This document shows positions 23,161 through 36,063 of a stretch of DNA of 64,000 bases, piece after piece (positions within the stretch are counted from its first letter, which is position 1; every line of letters begins with the position of its first letter). The translations under genes were made by a program, and so were the position numbers. The stretch is taken from the sequence record MF498773.1; one strand, given 5' to 3'. The notes under the pieces were generated by a model. That model was given only the letters and a program-made list of their open reading frames with translations. It made no database searches and had not been told where the DNA came from.

Positions 23161-23469
23161 ATGAAGAATCTCATTGCTTTATTGGCTGTGATTGGTTTGG
23201 TTGGTTGTGTTCCCAAAGTAGTTCATCAAGAAAGTTATCGAGATACTGTTGTTGTTACTGAGTTTGTGAAGAGGCATAAGCGACAGCGGATTAAGGTACG
23301 AACATCTGATGGTATTTTGATTAATCAATATGTTGCTAAACGATGTAGTGGGTGTTATGCTTACAAGGGTGATAAGTTCTCTGTAACTGTTACCAAGAAA
23401 ACTTGGAATGATGGTGATGTTACTTATAGTATCAACCGTTATGAGACTAAAGAATTTTTGAGGAAATGA
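23161..23469 (+). CDS. Lipoprotein, paralog 1
   Basis: Signal peptide with LVG-C lipobox; CSGC..GDKFSVTV. Confidence 0.75.
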   Translation: MKNLIALLAVIGLVGCVPKVVHQESYRDTVVVTEFVKRHKRQRIKVRTSDGILINQYVAKRCSGCYAYKGDKFSVTVTKKTWNDGDVTYSINRYETKEFLRK

Positions 23470-24059
23470 TTATGACTGCTGCTGAATTGGTAAAGGCCGT
23501 TCGTGAGAAAGAACAAGCTCGTGTAGAACTTCGTAAGGCTATTGTGCAAGGGATTTATGATGAGACGGTTGAATCCATGCTCGATCAAGATGAATTAGAA
23601 ACAGACCTCAGTATTTATAATATCGAGCGCATTTGTAATACTGAACTTGATGGGGTTATGTTCTATGATCTTATCCGTGATGACATTATCCCGTTGTTTG
23701 TTGAGAATGGTTTCTCTGCTGTTTGGAATGAGGATGAAGGCGATAACCGTATTTTGATTTGGGCACCTATTGGAGAATAATATGAAAGTTATTGACTATA
23801 TCAAAATGTATCCTAACGCTTATGCATGTGCTTGTGTTGAACGTTCGCATACTACTCCCAATTATGTTAACCATCTTAACCATCGTGCGCTGGCTACCTT
23901 CATCAAGGCTGAGTCGTGGGATAAGGTTGAGGAACTGATTAACAGCTCTGATTACTATAAGCCTCTTGAGGGTGTTGTTCTTGCTGCTGCTGATTATATG
24001 GATGATGACAATGATGATCGCTGGAAAGCTTATGATGCATATCAATCAGGGGAAATTGT

Positions 24060-24368
24060 ATGAGAGCATTAATTGTTGGTCTAACTTTGTTGTTGGTTGG
24101 GTGTGCACCGGTTGGGATTGTTAACACTTTTAGCGTTAAGGAATCAGTAACCGTTATCAAATGGGATCCTGTCAATCGGTTTATTAGTTTTGTTTCTGAT
24201 AGTGGATTGGTAGTGACTAACGTTTATATCTGGGGCGCATGTGAGGGGTGCTATTCTATCATTGGTGATAAGATGGATATTACTATCACCCAACAGGTGA
24301 AAAGCAACAATACAACCGAACTTGTTGTAGATTCAAACGAGGTTGGAAAACAGATGAGAAAGTTTTAA
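24060..24368 (+). CDS. Lipoprotein, paralog 2
   Basis: LVG-C lipobox; CEGC..GDKMDITI. Confidence 0.75.
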   Translation: MRALIVGLTLLLVGCAPVGIVNTFSVKESVTVIKWDPVNRFISFVSDSGLVVTNVYIWGACEGCYSIIGDKMDITITQQVKSNNTTELVVDSNEVGKQMRKF

Positions 24369-24673
24369 TGAAGAAAAAATATAGTCAGAAAGAGATAAAC
24401 GCGCTACTTAAACTTGCGAAGGGTATCAAAGCTGGCGACCAGATTGAAGCAACTGACAAGATGCTCTCTGACTTGGGTAAGATTTCTTTTCCATTGTTTC
24501 GTGAGCCTTGTACTGGCAAAATGTTTTTTGCTTGGAGAGGTTGTTCATATGTATTCAAAGACCGTATTAATGAGATGCTTGATTCGTTGAGGATGGAATA
24601 AAGTACTTGCATCGGTCTTTGGTTATGGTATTATATCTACATCGAAACGAGATACCTAACTGAGGAAGAGATT

Positions 24674-25021
24674 ATGAAACACGTACTGATTGCTCTGGTT
24701 GCTTTGTTCGTTCTGGTTGGTTGCAAGAAAGAAGTTAGCGAAGTTTCTTTCGTTGATACTGTGACTGTTACCAAGTTCGTTAAGAAGCATTCCGATAGCC
24801 AGCGTGTGAGCGTTACCACTTCCGAAGGTATCGAGATGAACAACCACGTTGTTTCTCAGAAGGGTACAAACTGCCTTGGTTGCTATGCTAAAGCTGGTGA
24901 TAAGCTGGAAGTCACTGTTAAGAAAACTACCTATGAGGATGGTTCTGTTCATTACTCTTTCAATAAATCTGAAATGAAAACCGCTCTGAAACTGAACCGT
25001 CGTAACAACTATGCCAACTAA
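24674..25021 (+). CDS. Lipoprotein, paralog 3
   Basis: LVG-C lipobox; CLGC..GDKLEVTV. Confidence 0.75.
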   Translation: MKHVLIALVALFVLVGCKKEVSEVSFVDTVTVTKFVKKHSDSQRVSVTTSEGIEMNNHVVSQKGTNCLGCYAKAGDKLEVTVKKTTYEDGSVHYSFNKSEMKTALKLNRRNNYAN

Positions 25022-25421
25022 GGGGGTAATGATGAAACTAATTGAACTGATTGAGATTGTTAGTAGTGGACAGTCTGAGGTTTTGGTTGACCAATCTGGC
25101 TTTCATAATGTCTTAACCAAGCTTGGTATTAATGATTGTGTGTTTGAGGACTTCATCGAAGCAGAAATTTGGGTAGAGAAAAACATTGTTCTTCATAAGG
25201 TGGATGGAGTTATCTATCTGTTCTATAAGGATTTGTATCTCGCTAAATGGAATTCCTATTGCAATCAATCTGGTTGTAATCTGTGTAACCGCGCTACACT
25301 TGAAAGTAAACAAAACCGTAACATTTCTAAGTTCATGTATGACCTGATGGAACTGTATATGGACAAAGATGTTTATAAACAAAATCCATTCAAAAACTTG
25401 GAAATGAATGACGAAATTTAG

Positions 25422-25450
25422 TTGACGGGGTATCCCATTTATGGGATACT
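25422..25450 (+). promoter_or_regulatory. Promoter/stem-loop cassette
   Basis: TTGACG, gtatccca/tgggatac inverted repeat, GATACT -10. Confidence 0.6.
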
Positions 25451-25489
25451 CTTTTTGTCGATTGGGACATAACTATTGAGGAAGAAATC

Positions 25490-26344
25490 ATGACTATGAA
25501 CAAATGGGAATCTCAAGGTGTTGGTAAGGCTCCGTTCCGTTGTGTTGGTATGTTCAAGATGCCTAACAAGGATACTGCAACTATGCAGGATTATGCGGCA
25601 CTCCCTCAAGGTTATGGTGCTGGCTCCTGTCATGTGTGTGGTACTGGTATCATTTACAACTACATGATCCACGATGCAGACGGCCAGAAATTCGTGGTTG
25701 GTTGTGAGTGTGTGAACTACACCAACGACACAACTCTGATTGATGCAGTCAAGGCCGAGCGTAAAGCTTTCAACAACGCACAGAAGGCCGCAGAAACTCG
25801 CAAACGCAACGAAGAGGAACGAGCGCGTAATGGTGGTCTAACTGATAAAGAAATGGCTCAGAAGGCCGTACAGGACGAATGGGACGCAAAGCGTAAAGTT
25901 TATCGTGAGACCAACAAAGAACTGTTCGATGCTGGGTTGGCTACTGGTTACGAATGGATTGAAGAGATCATCGAATCCTGTATCCATTACTGCTCTATGT
26001 CTGATGCACAAAAAACTGCAATTGAAAACGGTATTGCTGATTTCGAGTTCAAGAAAAATCAGTTGAATGAATTCTTCGGTGCTGTTGGTGATCGGGTGAA
26101 GAAAGTAGAACTCACCACCACCTTTGAGATGTGTGTTAAACAAGCTCAATATTACGGCGATTATGATGTTTACCTCGCTGTGTTGATTGACTCAGAAGGT
26201 CGAACTTACAAATACATGGGTTCATCTTTGAAGTCCATCCCAACTAAGGGAAATACCGCCGTAATGTCATTCTCTATCAAGGCTCATGAAGAATATAAAG
26301 GGGTCAACCAGACCGTAATCCAGCGTCCTAAAATGCACGATTGA
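25490..26344 (+). CDS. Zn-ribbon, coiled-coil and OB-fold-like protein
   Basis: CHVCG...VGCEC at the N-terminus; C-terminal FFGAVGDRV...YYG...DSEGRTYKYMGS pattern. Confidence 0.55.
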   Translation: MTMNKWESQGVGKAPFRCVGMFKMPNKDTATMQDYAALPQGYGAGSCHVCGTGIIYNYMIHDADGQKFVVGCECVNYTNDTTLIDAVKAERKAFNNAQKAAETRKRNEEERARNGGLTDKEMAQKAVQDEWDAKRKVYRETNKELFDAGLATGYEWIEEIIESCIHYCSMSDAQKTAIENGIADFEFKKNQLNEFFGAVGDRVKKVELTTTFEMCVKQAQYYGDYDVYLAVLIDSEGRTYKYMGSSLKSIPTKGNTAVMSFSIKAHEEYKGVNQTVIQRPKMHD

Positions 26345-26345
26345 G

Positions 26346-26382
26346 TTGACGACATAACGGGAGTGTGTGATAATACTCCCGT
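26346..26382 (+). promoter_or_regulatory. Early promoter (extended -10) inside a stem-loop
   Basis: TTGACG-17-GATAAT with TGt upstream; acgggagt/actcccgt inverted repeat. Confidence 0.75.
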
Positions 26383-29300
26383 AACTTAACAAAGGAAATA
26401 TTATGAAGACTATCAAAGAAGTTTACGAAGAATTTAAATCGAAAGACAATGCAAGTATCCATATTGATCTTCTGGAACAAATTCGCAACCAAACTGAATA
26501 CAATTTTTATCGTGGTGTCGATGGTGCCGCTGATTTCTTTGAAGATCAATCAGGGACTATGTTTATTGATGTAGATGGGAAAAATTGGTTTGTTTCTGCT
26601 CCACAAGTCAACATCCAACCCCGAATCTGGGCAACTAATCTCAAGGCTGATGAACCGTATGATATTGTTGCTCTTATCGATGGTGTTCTTTATGAAAGTC
26701 CAGAGACATATTCGCGAAAAGAGTTTGTTATCGCATCTGTCAATCGTCTTAGGGAAGAACTGACAAAAGAATTTGTCAAGGAGAACTGGAACAAAACAGG
26801 TTATAACAAACTGGCTTTCGATGTAGCAATTAAAGATTGGGATGATGATAATGCGAACTCTTAACATTTATGAAATCGGGGTAGACGAACCACCAATCCC
26901 CGGTTTAGAGATCTGTTATTTGGATCGTGGTTATTCGTTTGGCTTTGTGAACGACCATCTTAAAATGGGTGTTGTTGGTGTAGCCTGTAAGCCCGGTGAT
27001 GAAGACCGGGATGATTACTTTTATGGAGAAATCGATTGGGCCGACTGCGATGACCAATTCTTTAACGAAGAAGGATATCCCCATACCCCATATCTCTATA
27101 TTGATGATATGGAGAACCAACTTGAGGAAGGTGACAAGTGGGCTTACTTCCACGAATATAATGATGCGTTTGGAGTGACTGATATTTTTCCTTTCCAAGA
27201 GGGTGAATCTTTGGAGACCGCAATCAAGCATAGCATCGTAGAGGAACTAAGTAGGGAACAGACTGTTATCAAGAAAGGATCTATTAGTAACGATGGATAT
27301 CCACGACCAGACTGCGATTTGTATTACACAGACATTAAAGTTTGGTACAATGGGAAACGATATCTGTTGAAATTTAGCTCAACAAAACCAGATGTTCCGT
27401 GTGGTCGTTTGTTTAGTTATGAATCTATTGATGAGGTATAAAAATGAGTAGTGGAAAAGCAGTATTACGCAACGCAGCTAAACAAGCACGATGGGAACGG
27501 AATACTAGTCGTCTCATCAAAAAATACCTTCTCCGTGGTTATGATGGGGAATATAATTGTTCATCTGCAAAATCAAGATTTGATTTGTTTGTCAATTATT
27601 GTGGTATATATTCACTCTATCGTTACGAGCCTGCATCTGGTATTGGTACAAAAATAGAAAATCTTTGTAAAAAGAAAGGGATAGATACAAAACTTTTTAG
27701 TTTTTCAAAATGTTTGATAAATGGCCCGTTTCTATCCATCTATGGTCACAGTAAAGAATTTTTAAAATTCCTAGATCTGATTGATATTAGGTACATGTAT
27801 GAAACATTTGGTAAACAACCGCATATTAGTATTATTTTGAATCAGGATATTGGGGATAAGGTTAAAAAACCGAAGTCCAAGAAGCCCGTTAATGTTTCAA
27901 CCGAAACCATCACACTACAAAATAAATCCGAGTTTGAATACATCAAGGATACAATCGATAATATCATCAAAGAGAAAGCGATTGCAGAAAACAAAGTAAT
28001 TTTCCTTAACTCTCAACTCGAAGAGGCAAAGGGTATGATGCGTCGATTGGTCAAGGATTACATCTGATGTGTTCGAAAGAAGAACTTAGATTTTTCTTAA
28101 TGTCAAACTATCGACATTCAAGGTTCAAAGATAGAAATACTGGATTTTGGATTGACTATCAGGATATTATCACAGATAATCACAACGAGGCTATGTTAAA
28201 GTATGGGAGGTCGATGATCTCCCAACATGATAGTATCAATGGGCAGATTTTGGTGTTTGACAAAGACCTAAACAAAAAGTATATTGATTATGTCGAGACA
28301 CCGAAACAGTCTCAAACCCTTACACACTTATTTTGAGGTTAAAAATGAAACTTGTTCAAGTTGATGGTATTCCGAAAAAAGGTTACTTTGTTGTTACTGG
28401 TATCAGTAATTTTCAAGAAACTCCGTTCCCGTTTGGTGAATCTTTTTATGCAGACGGGAACGGTCGTATTTTTGAATATGAAAATGAATATGACACATGG
28501 GAACATGATATTACCGATTCTCTTTATTTCAAGGACTGGGCTGATGTAAAATATTTTGTAATCGAGGAATAATTATGGATTTCATTATTCGTTATTGTCA
28601 TATGTTCGCCTCTTTCCTGTTCGCCTTTCTGAACAATATTTATTATTGGGTTCCTGCTTATGGTATCGAATGGTTCCTGATCATCGTTGTGATCACTATC
28701 ATTGGTGTTGGTATTGGGAAAAAATACGAACAAAAGAAACAACAAGATGAGCAATTCGATTTCGGAACTCCATCAAAATAAGGGTTTGATATGTATATTC
28801 AACATAATCTAAAAGTGGATGAACTGGTTAGGATAATTGATGAGATCTCCCCTGACCTAGCGCGTCGAGTTGATGATATGATTGAATCAGAAATTGAAGC
28901 GGCTATGGATTCTTGGGGTGATCAGGAAGAGTTTGAGAAGGGGTGTCATAAGGAATCTGTTCGTGCTGCAATCCACTTCTCCAAGTACCCAGAATGGTTA
29001 AAAGACAATGATGCATCAAAAGAAACGTATTACGTGAACTACGTATATCGTCCTTTTCATATGGATAACCACAACGTGTCTATAACGCGATTTAACAACG
29101 ACACATGGTCAATTGATATCAGTATGGGTACGGTTGGTCAAGATGGTTGGAAAGGATTTCTGAGGGGTTCTGTTGAGGATGTACAGCGCGAAGTAGTTGA
29201 CACGGTTCTTGATTTACTTCAAGATGGTTTGTATCTAAAAATTAATGATTGAGGGACTTTATGATCGTATTTATTGGTTTTGATGATGATATGAATGTGG

Positions 29301-30334
29301 TTGAAATTACAGAATGTACCCCTACTCGTATTGAAGTTATGGACATGATGGTAAAATCTCACCATACCGTTTGTGTGGTTGTTGATGTGAAAGAAGAACA
29401 GATCGACACTTGGATTGATAGTGATTGTTCAACCCTTAACGACGACCTAGCAGACCTAGATATGTGCGGTATGGTAATAGCAAAAATTGACAATCGGAAA
29501 TTTTAAAATGAAAAAATTAGAACTCCCAATCGGGACTATTATCCCCCGTGGTTACATTGTAGGGATCACTAGTTGGGAAAACGACGGTGATTATTACCAT
29601 ACCATTTACCATACTGGTCTGACTCGCGATGATGTCGATTTCTTCCGTGTTATTGCTCCGTTTTTTAACAGCGCAAATGATTGGAAAGAGCCGGGTTATG
29701 GTAATGATCCTTACACAGATGCATTAGTTTTTGAGTTGTTTGATAAACTCGAAGAAAATCCGCATATGGCTAACCAGTTCAAGCGCTTTCTTGATATCGA
29801 TTGCAATGTGATTGATGAAGAAGAGGGTGTTCCTAATTGGGTAACTATCCTAGAAACTATCAAGAAAAATATCACTCATGAAGCAACCTATTATGACGGT
29901 GATTTTATTCGTGTTGTAGAAAGTATTGATGTTTGGTTCATTCATGATGAATTTGAGATCAAAGAAATTCCAGCTAATTTTGTAGAGAGTATAAAATGAA
30001 AATGTTTTCAACTGTAACAAGTCTACTAACTGTACGAAACATCAAATTCTTTGAGTTCTACATCAAAGATATTTGTAGTGGTGAACTGAGTTGGTTTACT
30101 TATGATGGTTTTGTGTATTTATTCAAAAAAGATACAAACGAATTCATTGATGGCGAAATCGATTATGAAGACCCAGAAAACTCACAAAATGTTGTAGATT
30201 CTTTTATCAACAGTCATTGTGACCTACCTCATCGATTCTCTCTTGTAGACCAGATCGACCAGCTTCAAGAGGAACTGAAAGACCGGTTGTATCAAGATTT
30301 TCGTTTTAATCGCGACATGACAGATAAAAAGTAG

Positions 30335-30368
30335 TTGACGTAGATTGGGGGGTATGAGATTATACCCC
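30335..30368 (+). promoter_or_regulatory. Promoter/stem-loop cassette
   Basis: TTGACG...TATGAGATTAT; gggggtat/ataccccc inverted repeat. Confidence 0.65.
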
Positions 30369-33300
30369 CGTACCAACAAAGGAGAGAAAAGATGATTAAC
30401 GCAGAATTCAAAAAAGCAGTTGCTGAGTTTTTCAACACCCATATCGAAGATCAGAAACTGACCTTCGGATCCTTTGATGCCAAAGTTTTGTGGTGTGGTA
30501 AGCAGATCAATGATAAAACTCCTGTTGGTCGTGCGGCCATTATGTTTGCAATGTCTAAAGTAAAGGTGTAATCATGAAATTTAAAGAGAATCAAGAGATT
30601 GTATGTGTTAACAACCTTGAAATGGAAGGTGTTTTAGTTGTAGGTCAAACATATGTTGTTGACAAATACACAAGTCTTATGACTGGTGACATTGTTCAAC
30701 TATCTGGGATTAAAATTCAATTATCCCCTTCTCGTTTTCTTCCAATTGGTCATAAAAACGAGTTGGAGATAATGAGTCTATATTATAAAGTTCGTGAACT
30801 TGATAGCGAAATTGAAGAATGTTTTAATATTGAAGCATTGACCGGGGTTGACCATTATTGGGAGCGGGAAAAACTCAGGGGACAGATTGATGATATCGAA
30901 CAAGACATCGAAAAATTGAGGGAAGACGTATGATTTTCTGGAAAAAGAATACTTGGGGTAAGTTGGCTATTGGCGATTCATTTAATGATGGTAACCTCAA
31001 GTCGAAAATCGTTGATATAAACCATATGTATGGTCAGATCAAACTAGATAACGGTGTAGAGATCAAATTTGATTCTGTGCATAGTTACTATTACAAAACA
31101 CAAACATCTCACTGTAACACAACTCAGTGGCACTACGCCTTTATTGACGGCTGTTTGTATACGTTTGGTGAACGTGAAGAACTTAAGGTTGGTGACGTTG
31201 TACGAGCTTCTTATTATGACGACGCAGACCGTCTTAAACATGTGTGTTTTGTGGTAAAAGATTTCTTTAAGTCCGACTCTATTATCGTTGAAATTGAAGG
31301 TAATGAAGAGATCTTGACGGTCGGTTATGGTCATTTGATTACACTTTACAACGACGACCTACCTTCTTATTTTTGTAACGACCTTGAGGTTGGTGTTGGT
31401 GGTCTGGTTGAGAGGATCCGAGATGAACGACGGGCTTGTTAAACTTGAGGTTGAAGGTAAAGAGGAATGGGTTGACTCATTCCTCAACCTGAATAAAATT
31501 CCTTATGTATCAATTGGTTCGGCTAGAATATTTAAGATGAACAAAGAAAGTGCTTGCTATATGACGAAATGTAGTTCATCATACATTACCGATGACGATA
31601 TTGAACTTTACAAAAGAGAATATGGGGTGTAAAGTGCATTATACATTGTGGTTTGACTACTGGAATAATTCAGCTTCTGTGTTTGAAACTCATCTCGAAC
31701 TATCAGGAATAAAATACGAATGGGAAGAACGAGAGGGGGATGAATCCACCATGGGGCTGGATGGTCTCGTTTATGGGTTTTTCAGTGAAGAAGACCTAGA
31801 AAAAGCAAGTAATATTTATTTGGATATGTGAGATTTTATGACATTTCTTAATGTTTTTGTTCTTGAAACCGTGATTGGTGTTGTAGTAATATTTGGTCTG
31901 TTGGTCTGGCTTGAAGTTCGTAAGGAAAAATAATAATTTATTGTTGCTTTTTGAAAATAGATAGATTACATTATCCATATCGAAACCAGAGGAAGAAACC
32001 ATGACTGCTAACGAATATGAAGTAAACAAGGCCACCCGTATCGCAGAAATGCAAAAGAATGCGGATTATATCCTTTCTAAGGTAGATCCTGTTCTTCTCC
32101 CATACATTCAGGCATATCCTAACTGGTGTATTGGACAAGCTGATACTACCGTTGCATTCATTGCAACCGGTAAAGAGGTTGAATCTGGGGTAGAATACTT
32201 CAATGGGCGAATCATTCAATTCATCATGCATGAAAATGAAACCAAGTTTAAAGTCCTTTTGAGTAGTGTTGGTAAGCCGGTGCTTCGTAAGAAGAAAACC
32301 CAAATCGAAGCATGTGATGCGGTAATCAAGTTCTTTAATGAAAACGTCGAAAACTTTATGGCTGTTGTAGCCAAATTTAACTGAGGAAATTATTATGTTC
32401 GAATCTATCAATACTTGGTTGTTTACTTTGTCTGCTTGGGAATGTTTTTCTCTGGTACTTATGGTTATTGGTACATACTTCCATTGGAATGCACCATTTC
32501 TTCGTATTGCGGTAATCAATAACAAGTTGTTTGGTGATGGCAAACTGACTGTTAGTCAACACCCAATTGGTACTATCACTGAGATCCTTTGGTATTACGG
32601 TATCTATTACTTTGTTACTCGGTGAGGACTGGTTATGAATATAAAGCTCAATGATTTTGTCAAGAAAATGACGTTTGGTTATTATACAGTTTATATGAAA
32701 GGTGATGTACAACTTTTAGTTCGTGTTTCCGGGGGTCGCCAGATCACACCTAATCCATTCGGAAACCACCCAGTTTATATGTCAAGCGTGGAGTTTCAAG
32801 AAAAACACGGCGATGATATCGTGCATGTAGAACATGGAATCAACACCCCGCGCGGTCATGATGTAAACCGGGTGATAACAGACCGACTACAAGTAGGGTC
32901 TACTGGTAAAATCACCGAATATGGATATGATGACACATACGATTTCTTTGTGTCTGAAATGAATATCCACGGCGAAGATGTGTTAGTAATGACATACTAC
33001 ACCAGCAAGGATAATATCAAGTCTTGCTCAGTTGAAACGGTAAATGACATCATATTGTCATATCACGAGGTGCAAATATGAAAGACGTAATCGAAAAAAT
33101 AGATATTGGAACTGAATTTTGGGATGGTCGTTTTGGTCCATTTAAATGCACAAAGAAACCAGAATTTACCAAAGTCAATGCAAATAGAGACGATGGGTAT
33201 ATCTGGAAAGCATCAGATAAATTTGGTTTAGAGCATGAATTTTTGTGGATTGAGAAATATTCTCATTATGGTCCAAAGATTTATCTATATCAGGCTTATA

Positions 33301-34070
33301 TGAATTAGGATAGTTTCTAAAAATAGTAGTTGCATCTTTAGCCCGTTCGTGTAGAATGGGCTTTGTTGATTCGGAGGAAACGATATGAACCATTACGTTG
33401 AACTGAACATGAAGAAGTTAGAATCACTTGGTAAACAGGCCGCATACTGTCGAAATATGTTGTCAAAAGACATTGACGATAACACCAAAAAAGAATATGC
33501 TGGTCTTCTCGCTGATTACGAGCAAGAGATCAAAGAAATCCAAGCTCGTTTAGAAGAAATGATTAACGACCCGTGGTTCAACTAAGAGGTAAAATATCAT
33601 GAAAAATTTCGAACTTCTTCCTACTGGTGCATATGCCGTTGAACTTCGTTGGTTATCTGGTCACAGTGAAGAAATGGCAGAACGTTTCTTTAAGCGGCAT
33701 GATATCAATTACCAAAAGGTATCTATTGGTTGGGGTAACTCCTTCGTCATCACAGACGGCCAGTATAAAGGGTTCTATGATGTTCACGCAGACCCAGCAA
33801 ACCGAACCATTCTCATCCTTCAAGATCTCGGATAATTAGGAGATACAAACATGACTTACGAACAATCCCATAAAATCATTGATCAGATCAAAGTTTTGGA
33901 AGATATTATCAAAAACGGTATTTCGGTAACAACTTCTGGGGGAACAGACAACCATTGGATCTATAGCAATACTATCCGAGAAGAAGCTAATAAGGCTGCC
34001 AAGGCTCAAGCTCGTATCGAACTTGACCAATACAAAGAACAACTGAAACAATTTTTGAACGGGAAATAAG

Positions 34071-34556
34071 ATGAAAAAGAAATATAAGTTTAAAAGTCAA
34101 GCCACTTGGGATTTGTTTGTCATCAACAATAACGATAATTTGTACAATAGTATCATTTCCGTATGTGAATACCCCAAATGGTTTACTATTGAAGAGGATG
34201 AACTCTTTCGACCGGTTGTCATTAGTGAAGATCGAAAAACCGTGAATTATCATCCGGGGTACAAAATGCCATTTACCAAAACTGAGATGGAATCTTTTCT
34301 TGATTCAGAAGAAATTACTTTGAGCGGACAACCGGAATTTACAAAGACTATGATGATGGAATGGGCTATGAACGACCCAGAAGTATCTGATTATGTCAAG
34401 GATAAATTCGTTCAGAGTCATATTAAAAGTAAAGAAAGTATGTTGACAAAAGAACTACAACAGCTTAAGATTCGAGAACGTGATATTTACAAAGAACTTG
34501 AGTCGGTAGGCTCGAATATCACCCCATCAAATTTTATTATTGACATTGAGGAATAA
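34071..34556 (+). CDS. Hypothetical protein, possibly a distant RF-family member
   Basis: YKFKSQ...F...N...FTKTEMESFL; coiled-coil tail. Confidence 0.5.
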   Translation: MKKKYKFKSQATWDLFVINNNDNLYNSIISVCEYPKWFTIEEDELFRPVVISEDRKTVNYHPGYKMPFTKTEMESFLDSEEITLSGQPEFTKTMMMEWAMNDPEVSDYVKDKFVQSHIKSKESMLTKELQQLKIRERDIYKELESVGSNITPSNFIIDIEE

Positions 34557-35346
34557 AATATGCGCAATTTTAACAGCAATCAGCCTTGGTTTTTCCGCCA
34601 CTTCAACAAGATCTTTACCGTGTTCTTTATCGGTGTTCTCTTGATGATTGCAGCACAAGTCGCTCTTGTTGGTTATGCTGCCGTTAACGTACAGGAACAG
34701 GGCCTTAAAGGCGTTGCTGAGTCTATCTGGTGTGGTAGCAACCAAAACACCGAAGAATGCAAGGAATCGATTCGCGGGGCGTTTATCGATATGCTGAAAG
34801 AGGGTAAGTGATGGAGATTAATCTGAGTAGTTTTTCACCTTATACACCAAAAACCCCCGGAACCTACTTGTGGAATAGCGGAACAGATAAGAAACCCGAT
34901 GTTCGTTCCATTCATGTGGTGATATTCCCAAAGAAAACTCAGTATGGTATTGATTGGGATTCTTATCTTGGTGTTCCGTCTATGGGTGGACGACACGTCG
35001 GTCATCTCAAAGGTTCTTTCCTTAAATTGGAGTTTGTGTAATGCAATACATTTTGACAGAAGAAGAGTATAAAGAACTGAAAGCCGTTCAAAAACGTAAT
35101 GTAATGGACAATAAGGAGAAGCTTCAAAAACTTTGCACCAAGATTGCTAACACAATGCCTGTGTTTTACTGGAACCGGAAAGAAGCAGAAATCTGGGGCT
35201 GTATCCATAACGAAGCAATCGATAATGAGGTCTGGGAAGAAGTGACCGAACCCGGTGTAGAAGTCAAGTACACAACCGGATACTGTGATGAATGTCCGGT
35301 ACAAGACATCTGCCCTACCGAATACAAGCGATGGAGTAAATGACCG

Positions 35347-36063
35347 ATGGCTAAGATCAGCAAACAGGCGTTGAAACTCCATAACAAGGCTATGGATCTT
35401 GTTCACTCTGATAAAGTCCTCTCATGGGATGAACGTTGTTTTATCCTTGAGAATTACCAAGAGGGAGCAACCCAGATGAATGGCCTTGCTGGTGCATTCT
35501 TCACCCCAGTTATGTTAGCTCGTGATGCCATGATCGAAGTTAACCAAGACCGTTCTGTATTGGATCTATGTGCTGGTATTGGTGGTCTGTCTTTCTGGTT
35601 GTATGACAACGATGTCACTTGTGTTGAGTTGAACCACGAATATTTTGAGGTTGGTAAACGAGTCGTACCCCATGCAAACTGGATCCGTGGTGATGCACTG
35701 GAATACTGCGATAACACTATTGACCGGTTTGATTTTTGTATTAGCAATCCACCTTTTGGAAACATCAATACATCTGGTTATAAAGGTCGGTATACTGGCG
35801 CAGAATTCGAATATAAGGTAATAGAGGCCGCTAGTAAGGTATCTGAATTCGGGGTCTTTATTATCCCTCAAATGAGTGCTGGATTTAAATACAGTGGTGT
35901 ACGTTCATTTTGTGACAAAGACCAATCTAATAAGTATTTGAAGTTCACCGAACAAACCGGTATCCGTCTTGAACCGGGGTGTGGTGTAGACACTTCGATT
36001 TATCTTTCTGAGTGGCATGGTGTAAGTCCCATGGTCGAAATAGCAACAGCGGAGTTTTATTGA
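35347..36063 (+). CDS. SAM-dependent amino (N6-A/N4-C) methyltransferase
   Basis: Motif I VLDLCAGIGGL, VE-LN, and motif IV ISNPPF. Confidence 0.8.
   Translation: MAKISKQALKLHNKAMDLVHSDKVLSWDERCFILENYQEGATQMNGLAGAFFTPVMLARDAMIEVNQDRSVLDLCAGIGGLSFWLYDNDVTCVELNHEYFEVGKRVVPHANWIRGDALEYCDNTIDRFDFCISNPPFGNINTSGYKGRYTGAEFEYKVIEAASKVSEFGVFIIPQMSAGFKYSGVRSFCDKDQSNKYLKFTEQTGIRLEPGCGVDTSIYLSEWHGVSPMVEIATAEFY

Larger units (their letters stand above)
22510..35343 (+). other. Block of about 40 co-oriented hypothetical ORFs
   Basis: Dense RBS-led + strand ORFs with periodic TTGAC promoters. Confidence 0.75.
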
